DNA from: Methanocaldococcus sp. 16A
GTDB lineage: Archaea > AGJL01 > Methanococci > Methanococcales > Methanocaldococcaceae
NCBI GenBank assembly: GCA_049860595.1
Contig: CP187551.1
Length of the DNA stretch: 64,000 bases
Strand: one strand, 5' to 3'
Part shown: one piece after another, positions 62,142-64,000 of the stretch
How positions within the stretch are numbered: position 1 is the stretch's first letter
Layout: each line of letters starts with the position of its first letter
Notes under the pieces: model-generated
The model's input: only the letters and a program-made list of their open reading frames with translations
Told to the model about the DNA's origin: nothing
Databases searched by the model: none
Position numbers and translations under genes: made by a program

Positions 62142-63191
62142 ATGAAACCAGTAGCTTTAGTAACAACAAAACCTGGATTCGAGCCTCAATTGAGGGATGA
62201 GCTAAATAAATTACCAATAAAAAAGAAAATCCTATGGACTCCATTTAGGGGAATTTTAATAGTTTTTTCTCAAAATTCTCATGAATTTTTAAATATTATT
62301 AAAGAAAATAAGGCTAATCTAAAATTTTTGTTGAGATTGATTCCGTTAGAGATAGAATGTAAAACAGATATTAATGAGATAAAAAGAACTGTATCTTTTT
62401 TAATCAATAAAAATAAAGAAAAATTAAGAAATAAATCTTTTGTAGTTAGGTGTAACAGGAGAGGTAATCATGAATTTACAAGTGAAGAACTTGAAAGAAT
62501 AATTGGAATGTATATATTAGATACCTTTAAAGATTTAAATTTAAAAGTAAATCTAAAAAATTGGGATTTCAAAATAAATATTGAAATTTTACAAGATAAA
62601 AGCTATATCTCAATATATTATGATGATTTTAATGAACTTGTTATTCAGGAGAATATAAACAATTTAAAAAACTTAAAGAGATATGCTGAAAGACCATTAA
62701 ACCGCTCAGAGAGAAAAATGAGTGAATTAATAAAAAAATTTCCGTTTATATTTGAAAACTTAAATTGCGTTGTAGATATTGGCTCATCCCCAGGAGGATG
62801 GGCGAAGATATTATCAAAAAAAGCTAAAAAGGTTTATGCTATAGATACTGGAGAGTTAAAGATAAAAGCTAACAACATAATCCATATAAAAAAGAGAGCT
62901 GAACATGTGGATTTTGAAAAAGATATTAATGAGGAAATTGATTTGATAACTAATGACACTAACCTATATCCTGATGAATCTATCTTTTTAACATTAAAAT
63001 TTGCGAAATATTTAAAAAGTGATAGATATATAATTCATACATTAAAAGCAAGAAATTCAAAGACCAAAAAGGAAGATTTAGAGCAAGTATTAAAAATTTT
63101 AGACCAATATAAAAATATTGAACTATTTAAAATAGTTAATTTAAAGGCCAATACCAAAAATGAACTCACAATAATACTCAAAAGAGCATAG
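62142..63191 (+). CDS. THUMP + FtsJ-like RNA methyltransferase (RlmM-like architecture)
   Basis: THUMP SFVVRCNRRG; RSERK, DIGSSPGGW, TND, TLK, NE. Confidence 0.85.
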   Translation: MKPVALVTTKPGFEPQLRDELNKLPIKKKILWTPFRGILIVFSQNSHEFLNIIKENKANLKFLLRLIPLEIECKTDINEIKRTVSFLINKNKEKLRNKSFVVRCNRRGNHEFTSEELERIIGMYILDTFKDLNLKVNLKNWDFKINIEILQDKSYISIYYDDFNELVIQENINNLKNLKRYAERPLNRSERKMSELIKKFPFIFENLNCVVDIGSSPGGWAKILSKKAKKVYAIDTGELKIKANNIIHIKKRAEHVDFEKDINEEIDLITNDTNLYPDESIFLTLKFAKYLKSDRYIIHTLKARNSKTKKEDLEQVLKILDQYKNIELFKIVNLKANTKNELTIILKRA

Positions 63192-63213
63192 GAGAAAATA
63201 TTTGAGAATATCC

Positions 63214-63229
63214 CCGAAAAATATATATA
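63214..63229 (+). promoter_or_regulatory. histone gene promoter (BRE-TATA)
   Basis: CCGAAAAATATATATA. Confidence 0.7.
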
Positions 63230-63274
63230 CTTCCATTATAAAAAACTAAAAATGTAAAGTTCTGAGGTGGTATT

Positions 63275-63478
63275 ATGGCTGAGCTTCCAGTTGCACCATG
63301 TGTAAGAATCTTAAAGAAGGCAGGTGCTCAGAGAGTTAGTGAAGCAGCAGGGAAATACTTTGCCGAAGCTTTAGAGGAAATTGCTTTGGAAATAGCGAAG
63401 AAATCAGTTGATTTAGCTAAGCACGCAAAGAGAAAGACCGTAAAAGTTGAAGATGTAAAGGCTGCATTGAGAGGTTAA
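63275..63478 (+). CDS. archaeal histone (HMf family)
   Basis: [26 protein letters not shown]. Confidence 0.97.
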   Translation: MAELPVAPCVRILKKAGAQRVSEAAGKYFAEALEEIALEIAKKSVDLAKHAKRKTVKVEDVKAALRG

Positions 63479-63604
63479 GCCCAACTTACAATATATCTAT
63501 AATAACAATACACCTTTTTATTTTTTGTGCATATTGATAGAAATATTCAAATATTTGGAATTACATGGAATTAAAATTAAATACTCCCTATTTTGATATT
63601 TTGA

Positions 63605-63772
63605 CAGGACTTTCGCAGGATATAAATACTATAGGACTTTCGCAGTTTATATATTAAGTAATGAAAATATGATGCCAAGGGCATCAAATCTACCTTTTAA
63701 TATCTATTCCTGCGAAAGTCCTATACTATAAGGCGTCAAAGTACTTAAGTCATATATATGCCAAAAGTCCTG
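63605..63772. mobile_element. family A element (outer, older) containing a nested copy
   Basis: CAGGACTTTCGCAG ... GCCAAAAGTCCTG ends. Confidence 0.7.
63632..63723. mobile_element. family A element (inner) with 5-bp TSD
   Basis: Perfect 14-bp TIRs; TACTA duplicated at 63627-63631 and 63724-63728; central TGATGCC-AAG-GGCATCA. Confidence 0.88.
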
Positions 63773-63805
63773 ATAACTCTTTTATTAGGAAGTTCTGGTG
63801 AGAAG

Positions 63806-64000
63806 ATGAAGATTGTTTTTGATTTGGGAGGCTCGGTTGTGATGCCAAAAGAGGGAGCCAATGCTGAAAAAATTAAAGAATATGCCAATGCCTTTAAAAA
63901 GATTAAGGATGAGGGACATGAGGTAGCTATAGTTGTTGGAGGAGGAAAAACAGCGAGAGAATATATACAGATAGGAAGAAAACTTGGAGCTAATGAGAGT
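63806..64000 (+). CDS. pyrH: UMP kinase (5' part, truncated by window end)
   Basis: MKIVFDLGGSV...IVVGGGKTAREYI read directly; GGTGAG RBS. Confidence 0.92.
   Translation, partial: MKIVFDLGGSVVMPKEGANAEKIKEYANAFKKIKDEGHEVAIVVGGGKTAREYIQIGRKLGANES

Noticed and set aside
16570-63772. Recurrent TAGGACTTTCGCAG as a possible CRISPR repeat
   Set aside because: Copies are dispersed inverted pairs, not regularly spaced direct repeats; no cas genes

Overview
AT-rich core chromosome of a hyperthermophilic methanogen. Protein content, GGTGA-type RBSs and BRE/TATA promoters point to Methanocaldococcus. About 60 CDSs: DNA polymerase D large subunit, glycogen phosphorylase, riboflavin genes, amt/glnK, methyl-coenzyme M reductase isoenzyme II (B-G-A), CooC, a metal-chelate ABC importer, tfrB, Mmp7, aCPSF1, psmB, proS, component A2, sucD, hcgF, secF, cofD, a histone and the start of pyrH. 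Non-coding features are an intron-containing tRNA-Trp, a C/D-box guide sRNA, an NrpR operator, and more than a dozen palindromic MITE-like elements of three families (three with 5-bp target duplications, two nested). No CRISPR array, transposase or provirus was seen. The most interesting region is 23.9-36.7 kb around MCR II. It holds a His/Cys-free NikR paralogue heading a RavA-type AAA+/HEAT/VWA module, a SecB-like gene, and a promoter-driven structured RNA whose 5' end is complementary to the RBS and start of the MCR gamma gene. Separately, a PII-like gene pair lies in an apparent operon with MCR activation component A2. All family assignments come from motif recognition and memory; no searches were run.
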